Part shown: one piece after another, positions 35,837 to 45,337 of the stretch
How positions within the stretch are numbered: position 1 is the first letter of the stretch
Layout: each line of letters opens with the position of its first letter
From: a virus
Reading direction: 5' to 3' (one strand)
DNA: 64,000 bases
IMG/VR virus record: IMGVR_UViG_3300045988_149468
Location: 64,001 to 128,000 of that record
Notes under the pieces: model-generated
The model's database searches: none
The model's input: only the letters and a program-made list of their open reading frames with translations
Told to the model about the DNA's origin: nothing
Made by a program: the position numbers and the translations under genes

Positions 35837-36082
35837 TTATCTATATCCCATTAATTTTTCAAACTCTTCATCTGTAATCCAGGCATTATAATAATAAATA
35901 TAACCGAATAATAAATTAGCTAATGGAATACAACACAAAATAAATATGATTAAAGTTGAAATAATATTACCAATTATAAATTTATCATCTGTTTTTAAGT
36001 CATATCTAAATAATCTAATTATATATGGAATACTAGCTAAAAAGGTAAAAATTATAGTACATATGTAAATCTTTATTAACAT
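35837..36082 (-). CDS. Membrane protein (two to three TM helices)
   Basis: 81 aa, strongly hydrophobic. Confidence 0.45.
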   Translation of the reverse strand: MLIKIYICTIIFTFLASIPYIIRLFRYDLKTDDKFIIGNIISTLIIFILCCIPLANLLFGYIYYYNAWITDEEFEKLMGYR

Positions 36083-36085
36083 TTA

Positions 36086-36304
36086 TCATTCTCCTATTCT
36101 GTATTTGGCTTTTATTTCATTTTCATAATAACACTCACATTTTTCTTGTTTTGTCTTACCACAACTAAAACATTCAAAATCATTACAATATGATTCAAAT
36201 GGTAAATTTATTTCTCCGTGTAAATCACACACATTAATTCTTCCAGTATGTAAATATAAACAATATTGACACGATTTCCAATCTTTCTTTAAATATTTAC
36301 TCAT
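36086..36304 (-). CDS. Small Cys-rich (zinc-ribbon-like) protein
   Basis: 72 aa with CxxC-type pairs (CQYC, CDLH, CFSC, CEC). Confidence 0.45.
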   Translation of the reverse strand: MSKYLKKDWKSCQYCLYLHTGRINVCDLHGEINLPFESYCNDFECFSCGKTKQEKCECYYENEIKAKYRIGE

Positions 36305-36320
36305 TAAACAATCAACTCCT

Positions 36321-36410
36321 TTATATTACAATTCCTAAAATTATAAATATTAAACTTAAAACAACGCAACACAATCCTATATATAAATATTTATGAAATT
36401 TATCTTCCAT
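36321..36410 (-). CDS. Micro-ORF, hydrophobic peptide (29 aa)
   Basis: ATG at 36410 follows AAGGAGTTGATTAAGT. Translation: MEDKFHKYLYIGLCCVVLSLIFIILGIVI. Confidence 0.3.
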   Translation of the reverse strand: MEDKFHKYLYIGLCCVVLSLIFIILGIVI

Positions 36411-36667
36411 ACTTAATCAACTCCTTAATTATTAGTTTTGAAATAGCCTAATTAATCACATTGAATTTATGAACTTGTGAATAAATGATAATGTGAAAGA
36501 GGAAGAATTTAATTCGCCTTTTAATTAAATGATGACGAAACACCGTAGGTCATTTCTTATATATAATACTCTAAGGGTTTTTATTCTAAAATTGTCATTT
36601 TTTATTGAAAATTAAGGGATTTTAAATTGTTGAAATTTCAATTTTATGAGTTTTACAGCTTTATTTT

Positions 36668-37876
36668 CTAGCCTAACCACATTCTCAATAATGTTCTCAT
36701 TCTTGATGAAGGTATATATAAGTTTATTTCTTTATTATCCCTTAATTGAGACCTAAATATCCATTGTATAAGTTCTGATAATGCATATGAATCCTCATCC
36801 ACTCCTACATTTTTAGCTCTAAAGAATTTTAATATCATTGGATTATTAAACGTGTTCACTACATATGCTAAATTTTTCTTATTTCTATAATCATTAGTTG
36901 CTCTAGCATTACAACTAACAAATCCTTTAGTATATCCATTCCCTTTTAATTTTGTCTTGTAATCTTTAAAACAACTCCACATATTCTCTTTTGATTTTGA
37001 TTTTACTATATTTTGAAAATAATTTATCATATTATTCTTTAATAAATCAAACGCATCAGTTTTATTTTTATCTTGTTTTATATACCAAGACTTGGATAAA
37101 TCATATCTCCCATTACCTATTTTATTTAATTTTTCATTTTCACAAATATTAATTAAATTTTTAATATGAGATAAATCTTCGTTTTCAATATAATCAACTA
37201 TTTCATACTTATCATTAATTTTCTTAACAGATTTATATTCATATCTAATTCCATTCATTCGATAATAGTAGGATTGTAATTGTCCTCTAAACATATAAGT
37301 TAATATATAAGTATGTTCTAATGCGTTCATTACTTTACATGGAAAAGTCCATAACATAAAACAATCATCAAATATATAACAATCTCCTTTTTCAATCGCA
37401 TTTTTATATTTAGTTAATGTTCCTTTATATTCTTTATCAATCCATGTTAATTTTCCATCTTCTGATATAGATACTTTATCTCTTAATAATATCTCTCTAT
37501 CACTTTTAGTGATTTTTATTTCACTGCAAACCTCAAATACCTCATCCATTACTAATGTATAGTTGTATTCTTTTAAATATTTTAAAGTTTCATCATTAAC
37601 CATAGCAAAAAGACTATGTGTCGATACTATATTTTTACCTTGTGACAATAGATTATTAAAATCTTTCAATTTAGAACCTTCTCCTCTTTCAGTTTTAGGC
37701 TCATAAAATACTCTGTTATCACAAGAAGTTAATACACGTTGAACTTCATCTAAATACGGCGTTATGTAAATGAATTTTTTATCGGTATTATTATTCATGT
37801 ATTCTATAAATTTACTCGTTTTTCCAGAACCACAGATCGAGTCTATTACGGTCACCTTCATATCATTATCTTCCAT
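36668..37876 (-). CDS. P-loop NTPase, SF2 helicase-like
   Basis: Walker A SICGSGKTS, DExx box TLVMDEVFE and a motif VI-like QWIFRSQLR. The ATG at 37876 follows AAGGAG (listed ORF extends to 37897). Confidence 0.55.
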   Translation of the reverse strand: MEDNDMKVTVIDSICGSGKTSKFIEYMNNNTDKKFIYITPYLDEVQRVLTSCDNRVFYEPKTERGEGSKLKDFNNLLSQGKNIVSTHSLFAMVNDETLKYLKEYNYTLVMDEVFEVCSEIKITKSDREILLRDKVSISEDGKLTWIDKEYKGTLTKYKNAIEKGDCYIFDDCFMLWTFPCKVMNALEHTYILTYMFRGQLQSYYYRMNGIRYEYKSVKKINDKYEIVDYIENEDLSHIKNLINICENEKLNKIGNGRYDLSKSWYIKQDKNKTDAFDLLKNNMINYFQNIVKSKSKENMWSCFKDYKTKLKGNGYTKGFVSCNARATNDYRNKKNLAYVVNTFNNPMILKFFRAKNVGVDEDSYALSELIQWIFRSQLRDNKEINLYIPSSRMRTLLRMWLG

Positions 37877-37890
37877 ACTTAACCAACTCC

Positions 37891-38343
37891 TTAACATAAT
37901 AATATTACATTATAATCTCTGTACATATTATTTAATTCTTTATTTAGCAATTTATTAACTTTATCTTCTTTAAACCATCTTTTAAATCTATTTTGATCCA
38001 TATAAATTAACACACATGAATAAGTTCCTTTGACATCTTTAAATCCTTTATCTTTTACAACTTTAAATTTTAATAAAAAATCTAAATCATATCTTTTAAA
38101 GAATTTTTTAACAGTAAATACAACTTCTTCTCCATAATCAATTTTAGTAAAATCTATACCTTTGTAAACTGTAAGAGCTTTATCTAATCTTTTTGTTACA
38201 ACATCAAATTTATTAGTTACAATAAGTATAGTATTTGTTAGATCTATAATATCATCGGACAATGTATCTTCAATATTATAAATCCAACAATTAATTATGT
38301 CATGAATTTGTTGTTTGAAATTATTCTTATATTCTTTTAGCAT
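37891..38343 (-). CDS. Hypothetical protein
   Basis: 150 aa, coupled to its neighbours. Confidence 0.45.
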   Translation of the reverse strand: MLKEYKNNFKQQIHDIINCWIYNIEDTLSDDIIDLTNTILIVTNKFDVVTKRLDKALTVYKGIDFTKIDYGEEVVFTVKKFFKRYDLDFLLKFKVVKDKGFKDVKGTYSCVLIYMDQNRFKRWFKEDKVNKLLNKELNNMYRDYNVILLC

Positions 38344-38516
38344 TAGTATTCTTCTATTGTATCATCAAAATATAAGAATGGTTTAACTTTGTCCAATAGC
38401 CATTGCATCATACATTCTCTATCATGAAAATAAAATCTTTGACCTTCAAATTCTAATACTAGCGCCTCACAATTTATGACTTCGTCACACCACTCACACT
38501 TACTTCCTTTAATCAT
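38343..38516 (-). CDS. Small zinc-ribbon-like protein (57 aa, not in ORF track)
   Basis: ATG at 38516 follows GGAGGGATAAATT. Translation: MIKGSKCEWCDEVINCEALVLEFEGQRFYFHDRECMMQWLLDKVKPFLYFDDTIEEY. Its stop overlaps the next ATG (TAATG). Confidence 0.4.
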   Translation of the reverse strand: MIKGSKCEWCDEVINCEALVLEFEGQRFYFHDRECMMQWLLDKVKPFLYFDDTIEEY

Positions 38517-38529
38517 AATTTATCCCTCC

Positions 38530-38751
38530 TTATCCATTATAATGTTCTACTGATGATATATTATCAGAAAAGATAGCAATTTCATTATATTGCTTATTAT
38601 TTGAACTATATAATTCTTCCCAAATTGTAATTTGCAAATCATTTCTATCCTTCCCAGTTAATGCTTCTAATAATTTAGTTATGTCATTTGTTTCTGCCTT
38701 TATAAGATGATATTGACCATTTTTCATATTTATCTTATATATTTCTTTCAC
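38530..38751 (-). CDS. Hypothetical protein
   Basis: GTG at 38751 follows TTGGAGGGAATATTA (listed ORF starts at 38766). Confidence 0.4.
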   Translation of the reverse strand: MKEIYKINMKNGQYHLIKAETNDITKLLEALTGKDRNDLQITIWEELYSSNNKQYNEIAIFSDNISSVEHYNG

Positions 38752-38931
38752 TAATATTCCCTCCAATCTTTAAAATAAAATCACAATTTTATTTTTATAT
38801 TTTTAATACACCTTTTAAAACGCCCTTCTAAGGCTATAACGAGGTATTACAAGAGTTATAGAGAATATTTTAAGAAAAATGTCATATAACCCTTATAGAC
38901 AACCTCTTATTAACTTATATATTAAAGGTTA

Positions 38932-39795
38932 TTAATTTCTATATTGTGCCTGTTTATAATATTTGCAATTTCTCCCACATAAGTTTTTACAGAAAAAAGT
39001 GTTTATATTTTCTGGAATCCAATCTTTTTCATCATCGACATCTTTAAATGATATATCAAAATAAGTATCGATCACATACTGTTTTAATTTTTCTATCATT
39101 TTACTATTATATTGTACTTCTACTAATAATGGTGCTATATATTCATCTTCATCTGTCATTTCACATCTTTCTATAGTTTTTAACTTGCCTGTTTCACCAC
39201 TCCTTATTTTGCAATATTTCAACATATAAAAAACTGGATTTAATATTTTATAGTCTCTATATTCTTCACCTAAAGTATCCTTAATAACCATTGAATAAAG
39301 TATAAGTTGAAATACTTTACTAGATTCTAAATCTTTTTTACTAAATTTACTACTGCTTTTCCAATCGAGAATCTGTATTGTTTTGTTTTTATGATCTATT
39401 AATACTAAATCGATATATCCCTTAAATTCTAAACCACAAAATATATAATGAAATTCCAATTCTTGTAACATTTCTTTGTCTTTAAAATTCTCAAATGTTT
39501 CAAAAGCATGAATTATATCTTTATAATATTTTTCACCACTTTTAGGGGTTGGAAATTTCATTCCATCTTTTATACATTTTTTATATGCTTTATCAAAACT
39601 TTCTATTGCTTCTTCCTTTGTTCTTTTACCTTGTGTCATCAATTCATAGCTTTCATGAATTTCAGTGCCTAATATTCCATATACGTTGTTGTCACCTCTA
39701 TCTTTTTTAACATAAGATAAATACCAATCATATATACAAGAATGATAACTGCTTATCTTACTATAAGAATATCGTTCGACTTTTTTTTCACCCAT
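38932..39795 (-). CDS. PD-(D/E)XK nuclease, Cas4/RecB-like exonuclease
   Basis: N-terminal YSYSKISSYHSC, core GYIDLVLID......ILDWKSS (D...D/E-x-K) and C-terminal Cys cluster CKNLCGRNC, as in Fe-S Cas4/AddB-type nucleases. The ATG at 39795 follows AAGGTGGGTGA. Confidence 0.6.
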   Translation of the reverse strand: MGEKKVERYSYSKISSYHSCIYDWYLSYVKKDRGDNNVYGILGTEIHESYELMTQGKRTKEEAIESFDKAYKKCIKDGMKFPTPKSGEKYYKDIIHAFETFENFKDKEMLQELEFHYIFCGLEFKGYIDLVLIDHKNKTIQILDWKSSSKFSKKDLESSKVFQLILYSMVIKDTLGEEYRDYKILNPVFYMLKYCKIRSGETGKLKTIERCEMTDEDEYIAPLLVEVQYNSKMIEKLKQYVIDTYFDISFKDVDDEKDWIPENINTFFCKNLCGRNCKYYKQAQYRN

Positions 39796-39827
39796 TAAAT
39801 CACCCACCTTATTAAGAATCATTTTTT

Positions 39828-40034
39828 TTAATAAGGTATATTCAATCTACCATCGGAATCTTCAGTTATGAATCTAACTTTAGCACCTATTATTTTTACA
39901 TTAGAATATTTGCTTCTTATTAAATCATCTATTTCTCTTTCTAAATCATCCATAATAACATTCATTTCATCTACATTTCTATCTTTTATTAAAATATTAG
40001 TTGACATTGTGAATCCTACAATTTTATTTTTCAT
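39828..40034 (-). CDS. Hypothetical protein
   Basis: 68 aa; SD TAAGGAGGAATATTA. Confidence 0.45.
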   Translation of the reverse strand: MKNKIVGFTMSTNILIKDRNVDEMNVIMDDLEREIDDLIRSKYSNVKIIGAKVRFITEDSDGRLNIPY

Positions 40035-40056
40035 TAATATTCCTCCTTATTAACCA

Positions 40057-40263
40057 TTATGCTTTATTAAATTCATCTCTTAATATATCACTTACATTTC
40101 TTAAAGTATTAATTATACTATTTTCCAATCTTAAATATTCTTCCACATCTTCTTTATTTATATCCATTTCATTTTGAAAAAATGACATTAAAGATTGTAT
40201 AGCAAATTTTTCTTGTAATAACGCATTGTATAATTTGTGTCTTGTATCATTATCTAAGTACAT
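40057..40263 (-). CDS. Hypothetical protein
   Basis: 68 aa. First gene after the promoter at 40264-40326. Confidence 0.45.
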   Translation of the reverse strand: MYLDNDTRHKLYNALLQEKFAIQSLMSFFQNEMDINKEDVEEYLRLENSIINTLRNVSDILRDEFNKA

Positions 40264-40326
40264 TAATTATCAACTCCTTATTAATTTCTATATTTATATA
40301 TTACCATATTTAACAATTTTTGTCAA
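40264..40326 (-). promoter_or_regulatory. Early promoter + conserved leader
   Basis: TTGACA (40321-40326 on +), a 17-nt spacer ending in TGG, TAATAT, then ATAAATATAGAAATTAATAAGGAG. Confidence 0.55.
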
Positions 40327-40456
40327 TGTATTTTAAATATTCTATTAATAAATTTTCGTATAATCTTTCTAATGCTAAATTATCAGCTATTGTATTTTCT
40401 ATATATATAATTCTTCACTTGCCTTTCTCATTTCCTTCATTACCGTTATTATGTGT

Positions 40457-41239
40457 TTAATCCGTTATTTCAACTTCGTAATTATATAGAGCTTGATATA
40501 ATTTATCAGGTATTCTACCTTTATAATAATCAGCTACTTGTTTGATGTATTTTTCTTTATAATGCTTGTAAACTTTAAACGCCTCTACTTCTGTGTTATA
40601 ATAACCCAAATATTCGTTTTTAGATTTTCCAGTTTCTGGATTGATTAAATTACAATTTGCTTGATATACTTTATCTCTTTTATGATAACTTGTACCTATG
40701 ACTGATTCTCCTCTCTTCTTATCGCTTTTAATAAATAATTTATTAATATCCTGAGGTACATAAATACAAGTTTCAGGGCTATAAATTTTGTTGCCTTTAA
40801 CTAAAATATCCTTGTCAAGGCACATTTGTTGTCCTTCAACTGTATAGAAGTTTTCCTCATCCCATTCTCCAAAGTTCTGAAAGTTTAACCATTTTTCACT
40901 AGTGTTACAATCTTTATAAGTAAGATGTTTTTTATGCTCTTTCTCGCAATAGCATCTTCTTAACATATCATACCAAGTTTGATAAACTCTAGTAGATTTT
41001 CTATTTTTACTAACGCTATAATCTCCTTCCCCTAAATAAGCAATTCCATAATATCTCTTTTCATAAGGACATTTTACATTACCTTTTTTAAAATTACTAT
41101 AGTCTGCATTTTTAAAAGTCCAATTATATTCTGGAAAATAAATATCTACATCTGAGTATTTTCTATATTTAGTTATTATCATTTCACTTCCAAATGTATC
41201 AATTCTTGTTTCACCTATTCTATCTACTTTACTACCCAT
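40457..41239 (-). CDS. AP2-domain DNA-binding protein, free-standing homing-endonuclease-like (paralog 1 of 3)
   Basis: C-terminal GTSYHKRDKVYQANC......YLGYYNTEVEAFKVYKHYKE fits the AP2 (YRG/RAYD-like) pattern seen in phage HNH-AP2 genes. The N-terminal NFGS/IGE..I...Y repeats are shared with ORFs 43864-44646 and 51966-52745. No nuclease motif recognised by eye. Confidence 0.55.
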   Translation of the reverse strand: MGSKVDRIGETRIDTFGSEMIITKYRKYSDVDIYFPEYNWTFKNADYSNFKKGNVKCPYEKRYYGIAYLGEGDYSVSKNRKSTRVYQTWYDMLRRCYCEKEHKKHLTYKDCNTSEKWLNFQNFGEWDEENFYTVEGQQMCLDKDILVKGNKIYSPETCIYVPQDINKLFIKSDKKRGESVIGTSYHKRDKVYQANCNLINPETGKSKNEYLGYYNTEVEAFKVYKHYKEKYIKQVADYYKGRIPDKLYQALYNYEVEITD

Positions 41240-41254
41240 ATTAATCATCCTCCT

Positions 41255-42262
41255 TTAATTAATAATCATACATTCATTGCATAGTTTTTCAAATATTTCC
41301 CTTCCCTGATCCGTAGGAGAAACTTTACTACCCTTTTTCATATACTTATTATTTTTATCCCATATTATTCCAATTTTTACATCTCTCATAAAAAGACAAT
41401 CCTTAATAGTTTTTATATCTCTTTTTATTACTTCAACATCTAGCCCCTCATCTAATGACAGTATTATTTCTGTTACATTCAATTTTAATAAATGTTCTAC
41501 TTGTATTTGTGAAATACTGTTACCACCAAGACTAACACAATTGTACACCTCAAAACTATCACATTGCATAACACTCTTCTCTGATTCATAGACGAACACT
41601 CTATTATTTTTAATATATTCCTTATTTTGATACAATCCATATAGGTGTTTGTGTTTTGGAAACGCTACAAGAGGGAGGTATTTATAGTTTGTTTTTTTAT
41701 CTGAATCTATACGTCCAATAATTCCTATGAGATTTCCATCTATATCAAAATGAGGGATTGTAATCCTATTACTACTTTCATCATACCCTATATGATATTT
41801 ATACTGAGAACAAGGAAGTATTCCGTCATTTAAGAATCTCATATTCCATTTATACTTTGAGTATTGGTCTAATATTGATGGATCATATATAATTTCATCA
41901 TTTTCTTCTTGTTGAGGTAAATAAATATCATTGAAAAAATCATCAAATATACCTGCTTCTTTTTTGTGATGACCATTTACTTTTTTGTTAGTCATTGTTT
42001 TAATCGTATTAATTATTTCTTTATATGATAAATCTGTATGTGTAGCTATTAAACCAACTAAATCACCATTATAAGATGTTGTAAAGTCTGTAGCTGATAA
42101 ATTATCATTTAATTTTATCCTACAGCCACTAGGGTTATTTCCATCAATTTTTGCAAATCTTATTTCATTGTTATTAATTGTTATACTGTGATAATTATAG
42201 TATTCTAATATCCTTTTGATCTTATCTGGATTTTCTTTTAAATATAGTTTTAATTCCTCCAT
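41255..42262 (-). CDS. DNA primase (Toprim domain)
   Basis: Toprim Glu block VFVYESEKSVMQCDS and acidic block ILSLDEGLD. Located directly downstream of the replicative helicase. Confidence 0.6.
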   Translation of the reverse strand: MEELKLYLKENPDKIKRILEYYNYHSITINNNEIRFAKIDGNNPSGCRIKLNDNLSATDFTTSYNGDLVGLIATHTDLSYKEIINTIKTMTNKKVNGHHKKEAGIFDDFFNDIYLPQQEENDEIIYDPSILDQYSKYKWNMRFLNDGILPCSQYKYHIGYDESSNRITIPHFDIDGNLIGIIGRIDSDKKTNYKYLPLVAFPKHKHLYGLYQNKEYIKNNRVFVYESEKSVMQCDSFEVYNCVSLGGNSISQIQVEHLLKLNVTEIILSLDEGLDVEVIKRDIKTIKDCLFMRDVKIGIIWDKNNKYMKKGSKVSPTDQGREIFEKLCNECMIIN

Positions 42263-42275
42263 ATAGGCTAATCAC

Positions 42276-43835
42276 CTACTTTTTACTGAATTTATTTTGT
42301 TGTTGATTAATGTTTCCTCTTTTTGGTTTTCCTAGACATAATTCGCTAATCCCACCACTAAATCCATTAAAATTAAGTATTACACATTCTCCTGTTTCAC
42401 TACTCGTACTGCATGAACGAGATTTAGTAATAAACATACAACGATAATTACCATTTCTATCTAATTCTACTTTTTCTGCTTTCCATTTACCATCTTGAGT
42501 TTTAACTCTTCTAAATGGTTCTATATAGAATCTGTTATTCGGGTCAAGTTCTTCTTTATAAAGTTGTCTCATACATAATAAAGTAGATAAAACTTCGTTG
42601 ACTTGTTTTGCTTCGGCTAATTGTGATATAGTTAAGAATAATTCGCCAGAAAAAGTTTGTGATTGCTGGATGGCAAATATTATAGCAACGTTATATAATT
42701 TACTTAATTTTAAAAACGTTCTACTATCCATTATTAAATTCTTATATGATTGTTCTCTTTCTAAATCTGATCCTTTTAGAGTATCATAAAGAAACACATC
42801 TATATTAGATTTTAGTACATATTTTTTTAATGTTTTTTCAACAGATTTCATATTAGCATCTGCCATATCTGATAATATTATTTTATCCGAATAATGTTCA
42901 TTATAATACTTTCTTGCTAATTCAACATATTTTTTATCTTCATCTGATAAACCCCCACTTTGAAGTTTCTTTTTATTAATTTTTCTATATCCTAATTCAT
43001 AATACATAATATATGTAAAAAAACTTATAAAGAAATCTGGAATCTCCATTTCATTCGTTAATATTAACACTTTATTTCCATTACTAGCTAGAGACATACA
43101 CAATTGAGTTAAAAATGTTGTTTTACCTGCATTAACTGTAGCAGAGATTGCTGAAACTTGTTTTTTCTTAAACCCAAGTAATTCTTTAGATAAATATGGA
43201 CAAAAATTTTGTTCACCTATTTTATCAAAAAGCATACCCACTTTTTCGCCAGAATATAATCTTTCTAAAAAATCTTCTCCTATTTCCCCTTCGTGAGTAT
43301 GTATATCATTTGTTACATAAGATACATCAATATATTCGTTACTTCTACTTTGATAATAATTTAAAAATTCATCGGTAGACATTTTACTGGCTAGATCCAT
43401 CCAAGATATTTGAATTTGACCTTTTTTAGTTTCTATTGTTATTTCTCTTTCTAAATCCATTCCATCGTTATATAAGTTTATTAATAAATTATGAAGTAAT
43501 AATTTATCTAAATAACTTTCAAAATTTTCAGTAGTAGTTGTTTTAGCCAATATTTCAAATGATTTAAATCCGCCTATATTTAAATACTCTTTTATTATCT
43601 CACCATTTAAATTTAATCTTATATCTGTATCGGTAACTTTAGATACATTTTCATCACTAAGTTTATTTAGTATAGTAAATATTAGCTCCCCTTCTTTAGT
43701 GATAAATAAATCCGTTGTCAAATCATATTCTTTAAGTAAATATATATCATTTATACAACATCCTAAAACGACACCTTCCATACTTTTTCTATTTTTTTGT
43801 AAATACTGTGGTAATTCTTCAAAATTTATTTTCAT
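42276..43835 (-). CDS. dnaB: Replicative DNA helicase, DnaB family
   Basis: RecA-like C-terminal domain with Walker A SATVNAGKTTF and Walker B-like DVFLYDTL. Also a DnaB-like N-terminal domain and IIFAIQQSQ (the arginine-finger/sensor region). Confidence 0.7.
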   Translation of the reverse strand: MKINFEELPQYLQKNRKSMEGVVLGCCINDIYLLKEYDLTTDLFITKEGELIFTILNKLSDENVSKVTDTDIRLNLNGEIIKEYLNIGGFKSFEILAKTTTTENFESYLDKLLLHNLLINLYNDGMDLEREITIETKKGQIQISWMDLASKMSTDEFLNYYQSRSNEYIDVSYVTNDIHTHEGEIGEDFLERLYSGEKVGMLFDKIGEQNFCPYLSKELLGFKKKQVSAISATVNAGKTTFLTQLCMSLASNGNKVLILTNEMEIPDFFISFFTYIMYYELGYRKINKKKLQSGGLSDEDKKYVELARKYYNEHYSDKIILSDMADANMKSVEKTLKKYVLKSNIDVFLYDTLKGSDLEREQSYKNLIMDSRTFLKLSKLYNVAIIFAIQQSQTFSGELFLTISQLAEAKQVNEVLSTLLCMRQLYKEELDPNNRFYIEPFRRVKTQDGKWKAEKVELDRNGNYRCMFITKSRSCSTSSETGECVILNFNGFSGGISELCLGKPKRGNINQQQNKFSKK

Positions 43836-43863
43836 ATTTTCATCTCCTTATTAATTTATATAT

Positions 43864-44646
43864 TTAGTCAGTTATTTCAACTTGATAATTGTACATCGCA
43901 TTATATAATTTACTTGGAATTTTATCTTTGTAATAATCTGCAGCTTCTTTTATATTTTGTTCTTTAAATTTTTTATAAGATTCAAATGCTTCTTCTGACG
44001 TTTCATAATATCCTAAACGCTTTCTTTCAATTTTATTTTCTTCATAATCATAAATACTACATTGTGATATAAATTTTTTAGCATATTTATCATAACTAAC
44101 GCCTATAGGATATTCTCCTCTATGATTTTGTCTTTTGGCAAATAATAAATTTATTTTTTCTGGAACAAATACAGAAGTTTCTGGAGAATATATCTTATTA
44201 TCTTTAACTAAAATATCTTTATCTAAACACATTTTTTCACCTTCAATTTCGTAGTAATTATCATCAAACCATAATCCAAAGTTTTGAAAATTTAACAAAT
44301 CCTTATAAACCTCACAGCCTTTATATGTTGATTCTTTTTCATGAAATTTAAAGTCATAACATCTTTTTAACATACTACGCCAAACTTCATAACATTTTGT
44401 ATGCTCTCCATTTTCTTTACTTTTATATTTACCTTCTCCTAAACATCCATGTTCATACACTCTAGGTTCATAAGGACATTTTATTTTTCCTTTTTTAAAC
44501 TGATTATATCCTGTATTTTTAAAAGTCCAATTATACTCTGGAAAATATACATCTATATCTGAATATTTTCTATATCTCACTATAATCATTTTACTTCCAA
44601 AATTATTAATGTTCTCTTCACCTACTCTATTAACTTTACTCCTCAT
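43864..44646 (-). CDS. AP2-domain homing-endonuclease-like protein (paralog 2 of 3)
   Basis: Collinear with 40457-41239 and 51966-52745. A 59-nt block (44408-44466) is identical to 52510-52568. Confidence 0.55.
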   Translation of the reverse strand: MRSKVNRVGEENINNFGSKMIIVRYRKYSDIDVYFPEYNWTFKNTGYNQFKKGKIKCPYEPRVYEHGCLGEGKYKSKENGEHTKCYEVWRSMLKRCYDFKFHEKESTYKGCEVYKDLLNFQNFGLWFDDNYYEIEGEKMCLDKDILVKDNKIYSPETSVFVPEKINLLFAKRQNHRGEYPIGVSYDKYAKKFISQCSIYDYEENKIERKRLGYYETSEEAFESYKKFKEQNIKEAADYYKDKIPSKLYNAMYNYQVEITD

Positions 44647-44661
44647 AATATCACCTCATTT

Positions 44662-45225
44662 TTATAAACCTAATATGTCATTAATATTTCTTCTTTTTTC
44701 TTTCTTTTTAACATTAACCACTATGTCAAAATCATCAAAATATTCATCAACTTCTACTTCTTTGATTTTTGGTTCAATCTTAGGCTCTTCTTTATCAACT
44801 TGATATCTTTCTAATTGATTTTCTAACATTACTAAACAATATTTAATTCTACTTGCACTCGTTTTAAAATCTTTACTGTCTAATAAATCCATTATATCTT
44901 TTTCGTTTTTACAAGTGTATTCGTATATTAATTCATTATCAAATTTATCAGTTAATATTTTATAAGTGCTAGAAAAATATATACTTTTTTCTTTTTCTCC
45001 TAATCCACATAATGATCTGCACATTTCTCTCGCTTCTTTTTTCATCTCTTTTGCTCTTTTTTCTTTCAATTCTTTTTCTTCTTGTTGTTTATGATATTTG
45101 TCGCATTCATCTTCATTGCAAAAATATCTATTTCTTACAGTCATTGATTTAGTTAAATACTCTTCTTTGAACGCTAATTCTTTATCTATTGACTCTCCAC
45201 AATATTTACATTTTACGGTACTCAT
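44662..45225 (-). CDS. Hypothetical protein with N-terminal zinc-ribbon and charged coiled-coil
   Basis: CKYCGES...CNEDECD, then a KE-rich segment. First gene after the promoter at 45226-45286. Confidence 0.45.
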   Translation of the reverse strand: MSTVKCKYCGESIDKELAFKEEYLTKSMTVRNRYFCNEDECDKYHKQQEEKELKEKRAKEMKKEAREMCRSLCGLGEKEKSIYFSSTYKILTDKFDNELIYEYTCKNEKDIMDLLDSKDFKTSASRIKYCLVMLENQLERYQVDKEEPKIEPKIKEVEVDEYFDDFDIVVNVKKKEKRRNINDILGL

Positions 45226-45286
45226 AATATCAACTCCTTATTAATTATTATACTTATATTATATATTATATACCAAATTATGTCAA
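45226..45286 (-). promoter_or_regulatory. Early promoter + conserved leader
   Basis: TTGACA-TAATTTGGTATATAATA-TATAAT, then ATAAGTATAATAATTAATAAGGAG. Confidence 0.55.
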
Positions 45287-45337
45287 TGGTTTTTTTAAAT
45301 AAAATGAGGCGGATAATTATCCACCTCTTATTAATTA

